From Octopus vulgaris (taxonomy: Eukaryota): a stretch of DNA of 64,000 bases. Positions 1 through 12,789 of this stretch are shown here, piece after piece. The position numbers were made by a program, and so were the translations under genes. The notes beneath the pieces are model-generated. The model saw only the letters and a list, made by a program, of their open reading frames with translations, was not told the origin of the DNA and did no database searches. Position 1 is the first letter of the stretch; each line of letters starts with the position of its first letter. The DNA lies in contig OX597814.1 in assembly GCA_951406725.2 (NCBI GenBank), positions 213,590,001-213,654,000 of the forward strand. The letters run 5' to 3'.

Positions 1-968
1 TGGTCATACAGTGTTTCACTTATTCTCAGTGGGTTTCCCATGAGGGAGCCATTTTTTGGAGGAATGGCCCTACCCTGCAATGCACAGAGGCAGTCTCCTT
101 GGCGTACCTAAAGAAGGCTTTATGAGCTGCTTGTATATTTCATCTAATCTAAGCTTCTCCATCTGCTCTTTCCGTCTTGGGGAGCGCTTCAGATGTTTCT
201 CACTCTCCAGCAGTGCTGTTTCCAGGCGGGATTTCTAACTGCCGTTGAGTTCTCTGTTCAAGCGGTTTGCAATCTTTGTACACCATGTCATAATAACATT
301 TTTCTCACTGGGAATTTTTTATTATGTACAATGGCCCTTCTCTCTGAGACAAAATTGTAGCATATGGCTTGCGTTATGGACATCAAAGTTTTTAATTTCA
401 TGTCTAAGTCGGGTGTAGAGAGACATTGGGACCAATCCCGTTTGGTGATCTCTTTCTCAATTGATTTCAAGTCTGTTTTGTGGTAGTTCAGATTGGATAG
501 ATTTTGGGTATTTCTCATAGGCTGCATATCTGTGGGTTCTTTTGATGCATACATGGTCAGCTCTATTATGTAATGATCCGAGACTAGCGTCGGTGTCTCT
601 TTCACATTACGGATGAGATCTACATTGTTTGTGAAGTAAAGATCGGGGATATTGTTTGCTCTGTCAGTATCATTTACGCCATGTATAACTTGGTGAGGTA
701 AAGCAGAATTCCACATGACTTTATTCACATCGCATCATTCCTGATACGAAAAGAGGTCCTCAGGCCATTCCACATTGGGCAGTTTGAAGTCTACCGTGAG
801 AAGTACACTGATATGCTCTTCTATTTTGGTTAAGACCTCTTCTATTCTTGCAAGGCTGTCTTCCACTCGGCCCGTGTGATTTGAGGCATCTGGTGGACGA
901 TATGTATGTTCATGCAAGCTTATATATGAAAAGATATTTCTTGATAAATAATGATCTTCATGCCACAA
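1..968 (-). mobile_element. Decayed CR1/L2-group LINE ORF2 fragment (APE endonuclease and linker)
   Basis: Broken ORFs 735-968 and 288-728 carry APE motifs YRPP, (G)DFKLPNVEW, PDLYFTN and SDH; downstream frame reads KAFFRYAK...VGPF; several stops/frameshifts. Confidence 0.75.
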
Positions 969-1285
969 ATTAAGAACACGTACGTCAAGAAGTGGTCCGT
1001 TGCAAACCTATTTCACTACAAAATTCCAAGCAATTCACAAATACCTGAACTAAGGAAATAAACATACAGATAGATCGTAATGGTATCCTGCATTTAATGA
1101 GCGTGGGATAAATATATCAGTATTTGTAAACAAGACACCTCCTGAATCAATTCCAAAGGGATTTCAACCCAATATTTAGATGCTGTTATTAATGCTTTAC
1201 ATGTACATCGAGATCCAATTTCAAAATAGTTCTTCCCGGGTCCTTAAATATGTACAAATTCTTATGACTTTAACAAAATATATAT

Positions 1286-1394
1286 ATGTATATATGTACG
1301 TATGTATGTATATGTAAGTATGTATGTATGTATGTATGTATGTATGTATGTATGTATGTATGTATGTATGTATGTATGTATGTATGTATGTATG

Positions 1395-1426
<32 letters not shown>

Positions 1427-1604
1427 TGTATGTATGTGTGTATGTATGTATGTATGTATGTATGTATATGTGTGTGTATGTATGTATATGTATGTATGTA
1501 TATGTATGTATATGTATGTATGTGTATGTATGTATGTATGTATGTATATGTATGTATGTATGAATATGTATGTATGTATATGTATGTATGTATATGTGTG
1601 TATG

Positions 1605-1636
<32 letters not shown>

Positions 1637-1655
1637 TGTATGTATGTATGTATGT
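1286..1655. repeat. (TATG)n microsatellite
   Basis: Tetranucleotide tandem repeat. Confidence 0.97.
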
Positions 1656-2927
1656 ACAGGTGCAGAATGTCTGCGAGGTTAAGAAGTTTCTTTAGTTACT
1701 ATATGATTCCGTGTTCAGTCACATTGTACGGCGTCTTCTGCAAAATCTTGTCAGTGAATTTGATATACAAATTCTGAGTGGAGCAAATAATTTACGAGAA
1801 TAATAATTCACCAAAAAATAATTTGCGAAGATATCATTGACTCTATTATTACCAACTGCGACAATTTAAAAATAATAATAACAAAATTAATAATATAGGC
1901 GTTTGCAGCCCCCACCCCAAAGCATTAAATAGCTGAAGGATTAAAATTAATCAAAGGACATACTAAGTATGACTTCCTGCTGGAAATAACAGTCAAAAGT
2001 CTTATTTAAATCGCCAAAATAAACTGACAATAACTACAGAAACCAACCGTCCGAAAGGAAACATCCAAGTATTAAAACTCAAGTGGATCGGTTTCTGGAC
2101 TGGCATAATAGTCTCACCTTCTTCAGCAGGCGTTATCATGATAGGGAGCCCCAAGGCGTCGTATTGAAGTTTGCGCTGCAACTGATTCGTTTTGTAGACA
2201 TATTTATATTCCTTTGATTAATTTTAATCATTCACCTCAAATATATATATATATATATATATATATAACACAACAGGTGTGTGTGTGTTCTTAGATTGAA
2301 GGAACGATGATCAAAACGTGTTTCACATTTCTTAATATTCTCCCGCCTCTAACGAAGCTATAACGGATATGCTTTAATTCCTGAAATCAGCCATTTTTTC
2401 GATTGTATTTCATCCAGCAATTAATTTCGGCTTTAAAGATGAAAGAATTCTATTCTCAGTATTTTGATTTATAGAACTTTCATATGAGTTTTATTTCCTA
2501 TCAGGACCGAATGGCATATTCTTTGATCTAGGTATTCCATAACGTTGGCTTCCGAAGACAATCGAAGAACAAACGGATCATATAGTAAAATAGTGGTGAA
2601 TTATATTCCCTTTCAACTTGAAACAAGAAACTAATAGTATGGAAAATTATAATCAGAAATAAACAAAATAAAAAGAAATTATGTTGATATCAGACAGTGC
2701 AAAGTTTTCGAATAATATATCTGATTTGGGAATCGATAGATAATAATTCGAAGTTGAATTTCGTGTATTCGCTCCAAGATTCATTCTACAAGACTATGTA
2801 TGGTTGCCTATGGTGTCAGTGTTTTTCACAGAAATATGCTGTGCTCAGTAAGTATACGTACATATATGTGTGTGTGTTTGTATGTATAGATATATACATA
2901 TATGCGTGTGGATGTATGTATATACAT

Positions 2928-3006
<79 letters not shown>

Positions 3007-3040
3007 TAGAGAAAGTTTGTTTGGTAAAGCACGTGGGTGA

Positions 3041-3507
3041 ATATATAAGAAAATAGTAAAGAGTGAAAAAGCGACAGAAGGCTTAAATGTTAAAAAATAT
3101 ATATATTTGTGCCAAAATGTCTGGAGAATATTGGAAAAATATTTTTCCTTTCCTTAAAATGACATAATTTAATAATTTTTAAAGAAATACCGGTTTCGCG
3201 TGTAGCTTTTCAAATTTCTTGTGACGTTATGTTTATATTGCATGGAGTTATCGTTGTGTTTATTTTCAGGAGATTTGAAAATAATCTCCTGAAAATAAAC
3301 ACAACGATAACTCCATGCAATATAAACATAACGTCACAAGAAATTTGAAAAGCTACACGCGAAACCGGTATTTCTTTAAAAATTATTAAATTATATCATT
3401 TTAAGGAAAGGAAAACATTTTTCCAATATTCTCCAGACATTTTGACACAAATATATATATTTTTTAACATTTAAGCCTTCTGTCGTTTTTTCACTCATTA
3501 CTATTTT

Positions 3508-3516
<9 letters not shown>
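3041..3516. repeat. Long inverted repeat (about 235 bp arms, 7 nt spacer) between (TA)n tracts
   Basis: 3041-3275 is the reverse complement of 3283-3516 with few mismatches; spacer TGAAAAT. Confidence 0.92.
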
Positions 3517-3541
<25 letters not shown>

Positions 3542-4065
3542 GGTAAATAATGATTAATTTTAAAATTAATAATTTTTACCAAGGGGTTTCGGTATGGAAA
3601 GAGAACCATTATCGGTAGGAACTTTTACAAGAAGTTTATATATATATATATATATATATAATTAGGGTTAAGCAACAAGTTGTCTATTTAATTCCTAAAC
3701 AGTAAGCATGATGAAAGAAAATGCATTGACAAATTGTGATACGTGAAGGATATCAACAATCTATGATTATATATTCATTCCACGTGACATATGAAGGAAG
3801 GACGTAATTAGGTATCTCTCATCAATTTCTAATGTCTCATTAATGATTAAAGGGAGCTATCAAAGGGACGTTACACACACAAATACACATGTATGCGTAT
3901 CTGTCCGTATGCTATGGATATGTATTCATCTCCAATATATATATATATATATATATATACCATAAACACACACATATATATACATAAATATGTGTATATA
4001 CTCACATATATATACACACACACACACATTTATACATACACACACACACATATATATATATATAT

Positions 4066-4410
4066 ATTCCTGAGCGTTATACTAATACATCTGTTTGTTT
4101 TGAACACCACCTGTCTTCGGCTTTTGTTTTTTTCGTAAACTCTCCCTATATATATATATAGGGAGAGTTTACGAAAAAAAACAAAAGCCGAAGACAGGTG
4201 GTGTTCAAAACAAACAGATGTATTAGTATATATATATATATATATAGGGAGAGTTTACGAAAAAAAAACAGAAGCCGAAGACAGGTGGTGTTCAAAACAA
4301 ACAGATGTATTAGTATAACGCTCAGGAATAGAAAAAGTCTTTTACGTTTCGTGCCTACGCTCTTCTACAGAAAGGGACACAGAAAAAACAAGAAGAGAAA
4401 AAAATGTGTG
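4066..4410. mobile_element. Short microsatellite-anchored element (minimal-HHR family), three partial copies in inverted/tandem arrangement
   Basis: ...CGTAAACTCTCCC(TA)n GGGAGAGTTTACG... repeated; HHR-like motif on minus strand 4339-4374. Confidence 0.75.
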
Positions 4411-4903
4411 TAGTGGCTAAAGTACGTTAGGGGTTATGGGTGTAACCCACTAAGTGATAGTATTTATCCAATATGCTGTTGGTAAAGTACCCAGATTCTT
4501 AATACATAAATGTTTTTAATCGCAATGCAATTAACTCATTTATCAAAAAAATTTGTTGAATTATTCTACGATACTATATTATTTGGACGGATATAAATAT
4601 AAACATAAGTATAATTTTAACTTTAACTTTGACGGAAAGAAAAAATACTCATTTGGATATTACACCTGAACTTGTTTGTATTAAGAGGATATATATACAG
4701 AAAACCATAGTCTAACTGTATGTCCTATATGTTTATATGCATGTATATTTGTATACATATATATATATGTATATTTATGTTTATTTGTATGGATTGTTGA
4801 TTGTCTATCTTGTATCGTAATATTTGATGTTAGAATCTATTATAATATGTATTGACAAGTGAAGATTACTATAAATATAATAATATTGTTATTATTGATA
4901 AAC

Positions 4904-4904
<1 letters not shown>

Positions 4905-4945
<41 letters not shown>

Positions 4946-5043
4946 TCAATAATAATAATAGTATTATTATTAATAATTGATTGTTATTTATCTAGTTGTC
5001 TGGTTATCGTGTTATAATGTTGTAATTGATAAGCATAATAATG

Positions 5044-5094
<51 letters not shown>
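4905..5094. repeat. (AAT)n microsatellite, target of the adjacent retrotransposon
   Basis: AAT tandem runs abutting the element's truncated 5' end. Confidence 0.9.
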
Positions 5095-5096
<2 letters not shown>

Positions 5097-7137
5097 GATC
5101 AACTAATGATTAATAAAGCCGTAACTGAAGACAGCCACAGAAAGAAGAAAGGCCTCAGTATGGCCTGGATTGACTACAAAAAGGCGTTTGATAGCATCCC
5201 CCAGACATGGATCCTTGAAACACTAGCCATTAACAAAGTAGCACCAACAATCATAAAATTCATAGAGCACTCTATGAATAAATGGCAAACAGTCCTACAT
5301 CTCCAAACAAAAGAGGGACTCATGAAAACCAAAGACATCCCCATCAGAAGAGGAATATTCCAGGGAGACACGCTCTCTCCACTCCTTTTCTGCTTGGCAC
5401 TGTCACCTCTATCTGATATACTAAATAGAACTGGATGCGGATATAAATGTTACGGCAAAACGATCAACCACCTTTTATATATGGATGACCTAAAACTATA
5501 CGCTGCAAATGACAAACAGCTGGAAACACTATTAAAGACAGTTCATGGATTTACCAAAGAAATAGATATGAAATTTGGATTAGAAAAATGCGCCAAAGTA
5601 ACCATGAAAAGAGGAAAACTAGTTAAAAGTAACAACATCACACTAGATAAAACCAATGAAATAAAAGAATTAGACCAAAGCCAAACTTACAAATACTTAG
5701 GAATCCATGAACTAGATAAGACACAACACACACAAATGAAAGAGAAAATAAAAAAAGAATATTATAGACGAGTTAGATCAATACTAAAAACAGAGCTCAA
5801 TGCTAAAAACAAGATAATAGGTATCAACACTTTAGCTGTCCCAGTTATAAGTTACAGCTACAATATCCTTAACTGGACACGAAATGAACTGTCCCAAATA
5901 GATAGGAAAACAAGAAAAATACTGACAGGATCTAGGATGCATCACCCAAAATCTGACATAGAAAGACTATATATACAACGTATAGAAGGTGGTAGAGGCC
6001 TTATACAGCTGGAAAACTACTATAAAATAACCACCATAGGACTGCAAAAATACCTACTTCAGAAGGAAGGAAAACTGATCCAGATAGCAGCAAAACACGA
6101 GCAAAACAGAAAACGGTTCTCAGTATTTAAGGAAGCTGACAAATACAAACAAGAAATCATACCACCTAATAAACACGAAGAAGAAGAAGAAGATGATGAA
6201 GAAACAACAAAAGCTATAAAACAAATGAAATCCAAACTAAAAATAGAACAGCAACGAACCATGATAAAACGATGGCAAGAAAAGCCCCTTCATGGTAAAT
6301 ACTGCACCAAACTAAACGCAAAAGAAATAGACAAAGAAAGATCCCAGCAATGGTTGAGAAGCTCAGGACTCAAAACAGAAACAGAGGGATTTTTAATTGC
6401 AGCACAAGACCACAGCCTCCCCACCAGAAATTACCAAAAACATGTAATGAAAAGAAATATTACAAGTAACTGCAGAATATGTGGAGATGGACAAGAAACA
6501 ATAAATCATATTATCTCTAGCTGCCCAGTCCTGGCTAAGAAGGAATATATTCACAGACATGACAGAGTTGGAACCTACATACACTGGAAGCTATGCCAAC
6601 ATTACGGAATAACAACAGAAAAAAGATGGTATAGGCACACACCAGAAAAGGTTACAGAAAACGAGAAAGCAACCATACTCTGGGATATGCCGATACACAC
6701 AGATAGAGAAATTAAGGCCAACAGACCAGATATAGTTGTCAGAGATCGTGAAGAAAAAAATGCTTTCTAATTGATGTATCAATACCGGCAGATGACAACG
6801 TGTCTCTAAAAGAAATGGAGAAACTCTCAAAATACAAAGACCTGGAAATAGAGGTAACTAGAATGTGGAATCTGAAAACAGAAACAATTCCTATCATAGT
6901 AGGTGCATTAGGCATGATAAAAAAATATTCAGACAAATACATAACAAAAACACCAGGACTTACAAACACATATATCATACAGAAAATTGCACTACTAGGC
7001 ACTGCACACATCCTACGCAGAGCACTTTCCATACAATAACCATCAGAGCATCACAACAAATCACATCACATACCCAAGGCACACAGAGCTGCGCTCGGTA
7101 GTGAAGTGAAAGCACGCTATAAAAATAAAACTACTGA
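5095..7137 (+). mobile_element. 5'-truncated R4/Dong-clade non-LTR retrotransposon (RT + CCHC + restriction-like endonuclease)
   Basis: WIDYKKAFDS, RGIFQGDTLSPLLF, HLLYMDDLKLY (RT); CRICGDGQETINHIISSC (CCHC); RHD; RPDIVV; KxxKYKDL (RLE); one frameshift at the A-run 6754-6760; stop at 7039; flanked by (TAA)n. Confidence 0.92.
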
Positions 7138-7200
7138 ATAATAATAATAATAATAATAATAATGATAGTAATAATATTAATAATAATAATAATAATAATA

Positions 7201-7233
<33 letters not shown>

Positions 7234-7235
<2 letters not shown>

Positions 7236-7701
7236 GTTTGCTTATTGATCGACATGAGCATCCCCTGTGATCATAATATCTCAGCGAAAGAGTTTGACAA
7301 GCTCAGAAAATATAAAGACCTACTCATTGAAATTGAGAAAATGTGGCATCTCAAGGCGGTTACAATACCAGTGATCGTAGGAGCACTAGGAATGATCAAG
7401 AAGGGAACCGAAAATTATATGAGAATGATCCCTGGCTTACCATCCCTGCAAGAAGTGCAAAAGATTGTCTTAACTGGTACATCACACGTATTGAGAAGAG
7501 CATTGTCGATGTGAGAACTATTGCTGCTCATGTATTTTAATTTAACTTTATAAAAAAAAAAATTTTTTTTTTTTTTTTAAATGAACGAACTACTGAGTTT
7601 GGTTTAATGGCCTACCAAAGTATACTATGAGTTTCTTTGCCCTAGGAGTCGGGAAGACACCCGGCAAGAAATGGAAGCAAATTTGAAAGAAGAAAAAAAA
7701 A

Positions 7702-7702
<1 letters not shown>
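7234..7702 (+). mobile_element. Second, divergent Dong-like 3' end (RLE C-terminus + 3' UTR)
   Basis: ORF 7245-7514 IDMSIPCD..KYKDLLIEIEKMW..IPVIVGALG, homologous to 6800-7039; sits in (TAA)n. Confidence 0.85.
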
Positions 7703-7732
<30 letters not shown>

Positions 7733-7930
7733 GAGCTCTGAGATAGTGCTCTTCGCTGTGAAAATAACATCCATCCATGAATTTATTTATTTATTAATTT
7801 TTAAATACATATTTTATCTGTGAATTTGTGCGTGTGATCTGGGAATGCATACAATGCCCTTCTCTGCCCTAGGTGTATGGAAAACACTCGGCGAGAAACG
7901 GAGGAAAATCTGAAGAAAGAAGAAAAAAAC
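7733..7930 (+). mobile_element. Third Dong-like 3' UTR remnant
   Basis: TGCCCTAGG...ACTCGGCGAGAAA...TGAAGAAAGAAG resembles 7638-7700; followed by TAA repeats. Confidence 0.55.
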
Positions 7931-7998
7931 ATAATAATGATAATATTAATTGATTATTATTTATCTGGTCATAAGCATAGACGTGTTTATATCTCTTT

Positions 7999-8384
7999 CT
8001 CTCTTTTACTTGTTTCAGTCATTTGACTGCGGCCATGCTGGAGCACCGCCTTTAATCGAGCAACTCGACCCCGGGACTTATTCTTTGTAAGCCCAGTACT
8101 TATTCTATCGGTCTCTTTTGCCGAACCGCTAAGTGACGGGAACATAAATACACCAGCAATGCTAGGGGAACAAACACAGACACACAAACACACACATACA
8201 TATATATATATACATATATACGAGGGGCTTCTTTCAGTTTCCGTCTACCAAATCCACTCACAAGGCTTTGGTCGACCCGAGGCTATAGTAGAAGACACTT
8301 GCCCAAGGTGCCACGCGGTGGGACTGAACCCGGAATCATGTGGTTGGTAAACAAGCTACTTACCACACAGCCACTCCTGCGCCT
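7999..8384 (-). mobile_element. tRNA-derived SINE, family A
   Basis: Head GGCGCAGGAGTGGCTGTGTGGTAAG..GGGTTCAGTCCC (A/B box), CCTTGGGCAAGT core, internal (TA)n, (GTAAAAGA)n-like tail. Confidence 0.9.
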
Positions 8385-8679
8385 ATATGTTCCAATATAT
8401 GTATATATATATATATATATATATGTATATGACGTATGGTATATCTACTTGAACCTATCGTTTAATTGTGTTTATTTATGTATTTTACGCATGTAAAAGT
8501 ATATACACTCTACTTATGTATGTATATATGTATATATGTATTTATATATGTCTATATGGATATTTGTTCATTTTTTTATATATATTAAATAATACGTGTA
8601 TCATGTTTAAAGAATTAATATTAATATGTTTGAAGTTCCTTATAACCTCTGACGAGGTCTATGGTTATATATATAAGTA

Positions 8680-10050
8680 CCCTATTTTTAAATGCCTACA
8701 GCCTCATTTGGTTTTCTCTTCTTCCTTTGGAGTTGTTAGTGGTGGTGATGATGATGGTGTTGCTTCTGTTCTTGGTGACGCTAGTGGTGGTGTCGTTTGG
8801 TTGGGCTGGCTTGTTGGTTGCTGATGTCCGTTCATTTGTTTGTAGATCTGTTTAATTAGTTATGCATATGGCGGTGTGGCTAGCAGTGATAGTTTTTGGT
8901 TTTCTTGTGGTTGTTGTTGTTTTTTGTGATCTTGCTGTTGTCGTTGTTGTTACTGTTGTTGTTGTTTCTGTGCTAGTGGGCAATTAACTTTTAAGTGTGC
9001 TTTGCTACCACAAACGTAGCAATGTGGCTTTCTGTCTTCGACGGCTACATGCAAACTCGAATCGTCTGTCAATTTGATTAGATGTGGAATTTTTTCAAAA
9101 TTCATTGGATCAATTTGAGCAAGGATTTCTACTCCTTGGCCAATCCAGTTTTGCTGGTCCAGGACAGCTATTTCCAAGATAAGGATTTCGTCCTTGATAT
9201 CATAACAAATAGCAGACACAAGCCATTGCATTTCTATCTCAGGGGGCACGTTTTTTTATTTTTATTTTTGTGACCCTATGACCAAGGTATGTCAGGATCA
9301 TCAGTAAGTTTTCACATTGAAAGGACTTTGTGGAGAGATCCTTGACTCTTTCTTCATAGTCGAATCTAACTTCGATAGTGTCAAATCTGTTTCCCCTCGT
9401 GTTGTAGTCTTTAAAAGCACATATGGGTCTCAAACATTTTTCTACATTTTCTTGGGTGGCCCTTTCGTATAGCTTTGTTTTTAGGTTGTGTGTCTTGTAA
9501 ACAATTGGGGGGGGGGGTCTTTTGCGATTTTTTTTCTGTGATGTTCTGTGGTGTCTCTAGTTATATGGTGAGTTCGTCTTTTTTAAACATTGCTTTGCAG
9601 GCAAGCAGTTCTTCCTTCGAAAAGCACATGATTTTTTTAGCTTTGAAGTTACGGCAAAATTATTTTGAGTATTCGTGTTTGTTGTGGTGGTGATGGCTGT
9701 AGTGGTGGTATCAGTGGTGCAGGCAGTGTATATAGTTTGTAAACGTATTCACTTCTTTGTTCGTATTTGATTTCAGCTTCCGTCGCCTCTGACTTTGGTA
9801 GAGGCGGGAAGTCGGCTTTATGGTTTGGCTTAGCCGTTTTCGTTGAGAAATATGGCAAGAAAACCGAAGAAAATTTTTTAAAGTTTTGGAAATTCGCCTC
9901 AAGTGGAGTGGTTTCCTATTACAAGATTTACTGAGGTTGAAGAAGATGGTTTTAAAAATCTCTTTCACAAAAAAACATTTCACAAATAAAACGTCTTTCT
10001 ACACAAAAAAGCCATATTACTTGGAGCCGATTTTTCTACCGTCCATGCAC
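8680..10050 (-). mobile_element. Decayed L1/Tx1-like ORF1 (gag-like, CCHC knuckle) fragment without ORF2
   Basis: Frameshifted ORFs 9649-9858, 9239-9433 and 8950-9249; CYVCGSKAHLKVNC zinc knuckle followed by poly-Q; 5' end abuts (GATA)n. Confidence 0.6.

Positions 10051-10051
<1 letters not shown>

Positions 10052-10128
<77 letters not shown>
10052..10128. repeat. (GATA)n microsatellite
   Basis: Perfect tandem repeat. Confidence 0.97.
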
Positions 10129-10310
10129 TGTTTCAGTCATTCTACTGCTTTAAGGAATTTTTAGTCAACTGAATCGACCCCAGTACTTATTTTCTATTTT
10201 CTTAAGCTTTGTACTTATTCTATCGGTTTCTTCTCCCGAGCGGTGAAATTACAGGAATGTAAATACGCCAACACCGGTTGTCCAGCGGTAATGGGAAACA
10301 AACACACACA
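10129..10310 (-). mobile_element. Diverged SINE family A 3' half
   Basis: TTGTTTCAGTCAT..TCGACCCCAGTACTTAT..TATCGG matches family A. Confidence 0.65.
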
Positions 10311-11226
10311 CACACACATATATGTGTATATATAAATATATGTATGTCTGTGTTTGTGTGTATGTGTGTGCGTGTGCGTCTGTATATAAACTATATCTCA
10401 ATATTTCAAAAATTTTAATGCTATCTGTATTTTTTCAACAACCACTTCTCCCACACTAATTCGTTGCCATACGCTGAGTTAAATTTTCTACGACTGTTGA
10501 AATATTTTCATGAAACTTGAAGCATGAACTCTAAATATGAACTACGAAAAGGAGATTTACAGTGTAAAATTATTGTGTTCCTCAGATTAGTTGACATCCA
10601 CATACCTCCTAAAACAGTTTTAAGTTTCAATTGTCTTTTTTTAACCGCATTTCTTCAATCCGTGATGAACGCGCTAAAAATATCTCAAGTTGTGCTGTGG
10701 TTTGTTTATATAACTTGCAAGCTTAAAAGATATATATATATATATATATATATATGAATAGAAAGAAAAACATAAAGAATACAGTATACAAATAAAGTAG
10801 AAAAGTTATATCAAGCAGCAGGTTTATTTTAAAGAATATGTAAATAACATATTTACTCATTGTTGTTTGAGAGTTCTAAAATATTTTGAGTTATGTGATC
10901 TCAATCTTCTCTTTCACGATTGTGTTCATGTGTATTTCTTTACAAAACTTTGAAACATTTTTAAATACTTCCCTGGTGGATGTGCAAACCTTGTTTAACC
11001 GCAATCAAACCTTTGTAATTACAATTTTGTGTTCTACCGTTCTTATAAATCATATTTCTTTTCTTTACGAGCTCTTTGAGGAATACTTATGCAGCCTGTC
11101 ATATCGTAATCTTCTGGCTAATTAAATTCTCTTTTCCGTGAAAGCCTTATCAGTTTTTGATCTCTACCGGTGATCTTTGAAGCCTTCAGCTATCTCTATG
11201 TTCGTGCTTCAGCACTTGATTTACAA

Positions 11227-11227
11227 G

Positions 11228-11323
<96 letters not shown>

Positions 11324-11353
11324 CAGATAGATAGATAGATAGACAGATATAAG

Positions 11354-11404
<51 letters not shown>
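11227..11404. repeat. (GATA)n microsatellite
   Basis: Tandem repeat. Confidence 0.97.
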
Positions 11405-11659
11405 TCATATGGACAGGCAGACAGGCAGACTGACAGACAGCAAAATAGCCATATAGATAAAGATATGTAATGATAAGGAAGAATTTTGAAGTACTTAACC
11501 CAAATAACTATCAAAATGCAAGTAAAAATAATCCAAATTTAAGGCTAGCAGCATGTAACCAGTGTGAAAGTAGGACAATATAAGACAATTAGTGAGGAAT
11601 AAGTGCAGTAAACAAAAAGCTTACAACAGCTGCCTTTTAGATGATGAGCATATATTTTT

Positions 11660-11870
11660 TTCTACTCTTGGCACAAAGCCCAAAATTTGGTGGTAGGAGG
11701 CCAGTCGATTTGATCGATCCTAGTACGTAACTGGTACTTGATTTATCGACCCCAAAAGGATGAAAAGGCAAAATCGACCTCAAAAGGACGAAAAGGCAAA
11801 GTCGACCTCGGCGGAATTTGAACTCAGAACGTAAACACAGACGAAGTACCGTAAAGACAGACGAAATACA
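11660..11870 (-). mobile_element. SINE family D fragment
   Basis: GGATGAAAAGGCAAA..TCGACCTCGGCGGAATTTGAACTCAGAACGTA matches 45246-45478. Confidence 0.75.
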
Positions 11871-12182
11871 AGATGAGCGTATATTACTATGACTCGACAT
11901 AAATTTTGCTGTTTGGCACCAGGTCAACATTATCAAGCTGGTCGAAGAATTTCCAGCTATGATCATCCCCTTTTGGTTTTCTTTTTTCTTTTACTTTTTC
12001 AAACATAGTTTTTCTTGAACTACAGTGTATGAACTACAGTGTATCCTTCATATTTCTTGCAAAACTATAAGGCAGATTTAACAAAGGTTAAAGTATATTT
12101 AGTCATTATTTTAGCAGGTCGAAGTGAAGCCCTATCCTTCATTCGACAACATATTGAAGACGAATTACAGCGCATGGAAACA

Positions 12183-12350
12183 TAGGCGTAGGAGTGGCTG
12201 TGTGGTACGTAGCTTGTTTACCAGCCACATGGTTCCGGGTTCAGTCCCACTGCGTGGCACCTTGGGCTAGTGTCTTCTACTATAGCCTCGGGCCGACCAA
12301 AAGCCTTGTGAGTGGATTTGGTAGACGGAAACTGAAAGAAGCCCGTCGTA

Positions 12351-12398
<48 letters not shown>

Positions 12399-12620
12399 TG
12401 TGTGTGTTTGTGTGTCTGTGCTTGTCCCCCTAGCATTGCTTGACAACCGATGCTGGTGTGTTTATGTCCCCGTTACTTAGCGGTTCGGCAAAAAAAGAGA
12501 CCGATAGAATAAGTACTGGGCTTACAAAAGAATAAGTCCCGGGGTCGAGTTGCTTGATTAAAGGTGGTGCTCCAGCATGGCCGCAGTCAAATGACTGAAA
12601 CAAGTAAAAGAGTAAAAGAG
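12183..12620 (+). mobile_element. tRNA-derived SINE, family A (full length)
   Basis: Complete head/core/tail, near identical to other copies. Confidence 0.92.
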
Positions 12621-12789
12621 AAAAGAGAGAGAATAACACCTTCATACGAGAATTGTAATTTAGTCACGAATATTATTCTCCCAATCTGTAAAAATAGATT
12701 TATAAATTATTTAAGGATTAATTAATTCAACCTCTATCATGCGTATTTATCAGTCATATTTATTCTTGATTTACTATCAGTTTTCATGT

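Noticed and set aside
1286-1777. ORFs such as MYVCMYV.., YIYIYI.., LSIYLSIY.., HTHT.. throughout the window
   Set aside because: Translations of microsatellites lacking stop codons, not genes
2085-2130. Minus-strand CTGAAGA..GACT/AGTC..GAAACCGATC hammerhead-like string
   Set aside because: Stem I only 2 bp, extra core bases and broken stem III; too weak to call
4977-5094. N-terminal poly-Asn part of the 597 aa ORF
   Set aside because: Read-through of the (AAT)n target; RT homology starts at about 5095
8159-8496. Recurrent ORFs (..QIHSQGFGRPEAIVEDTCPRCHAVGLNPEPCGW) resembling a gene family
   Set aside because: Antisense translations of SINE family A
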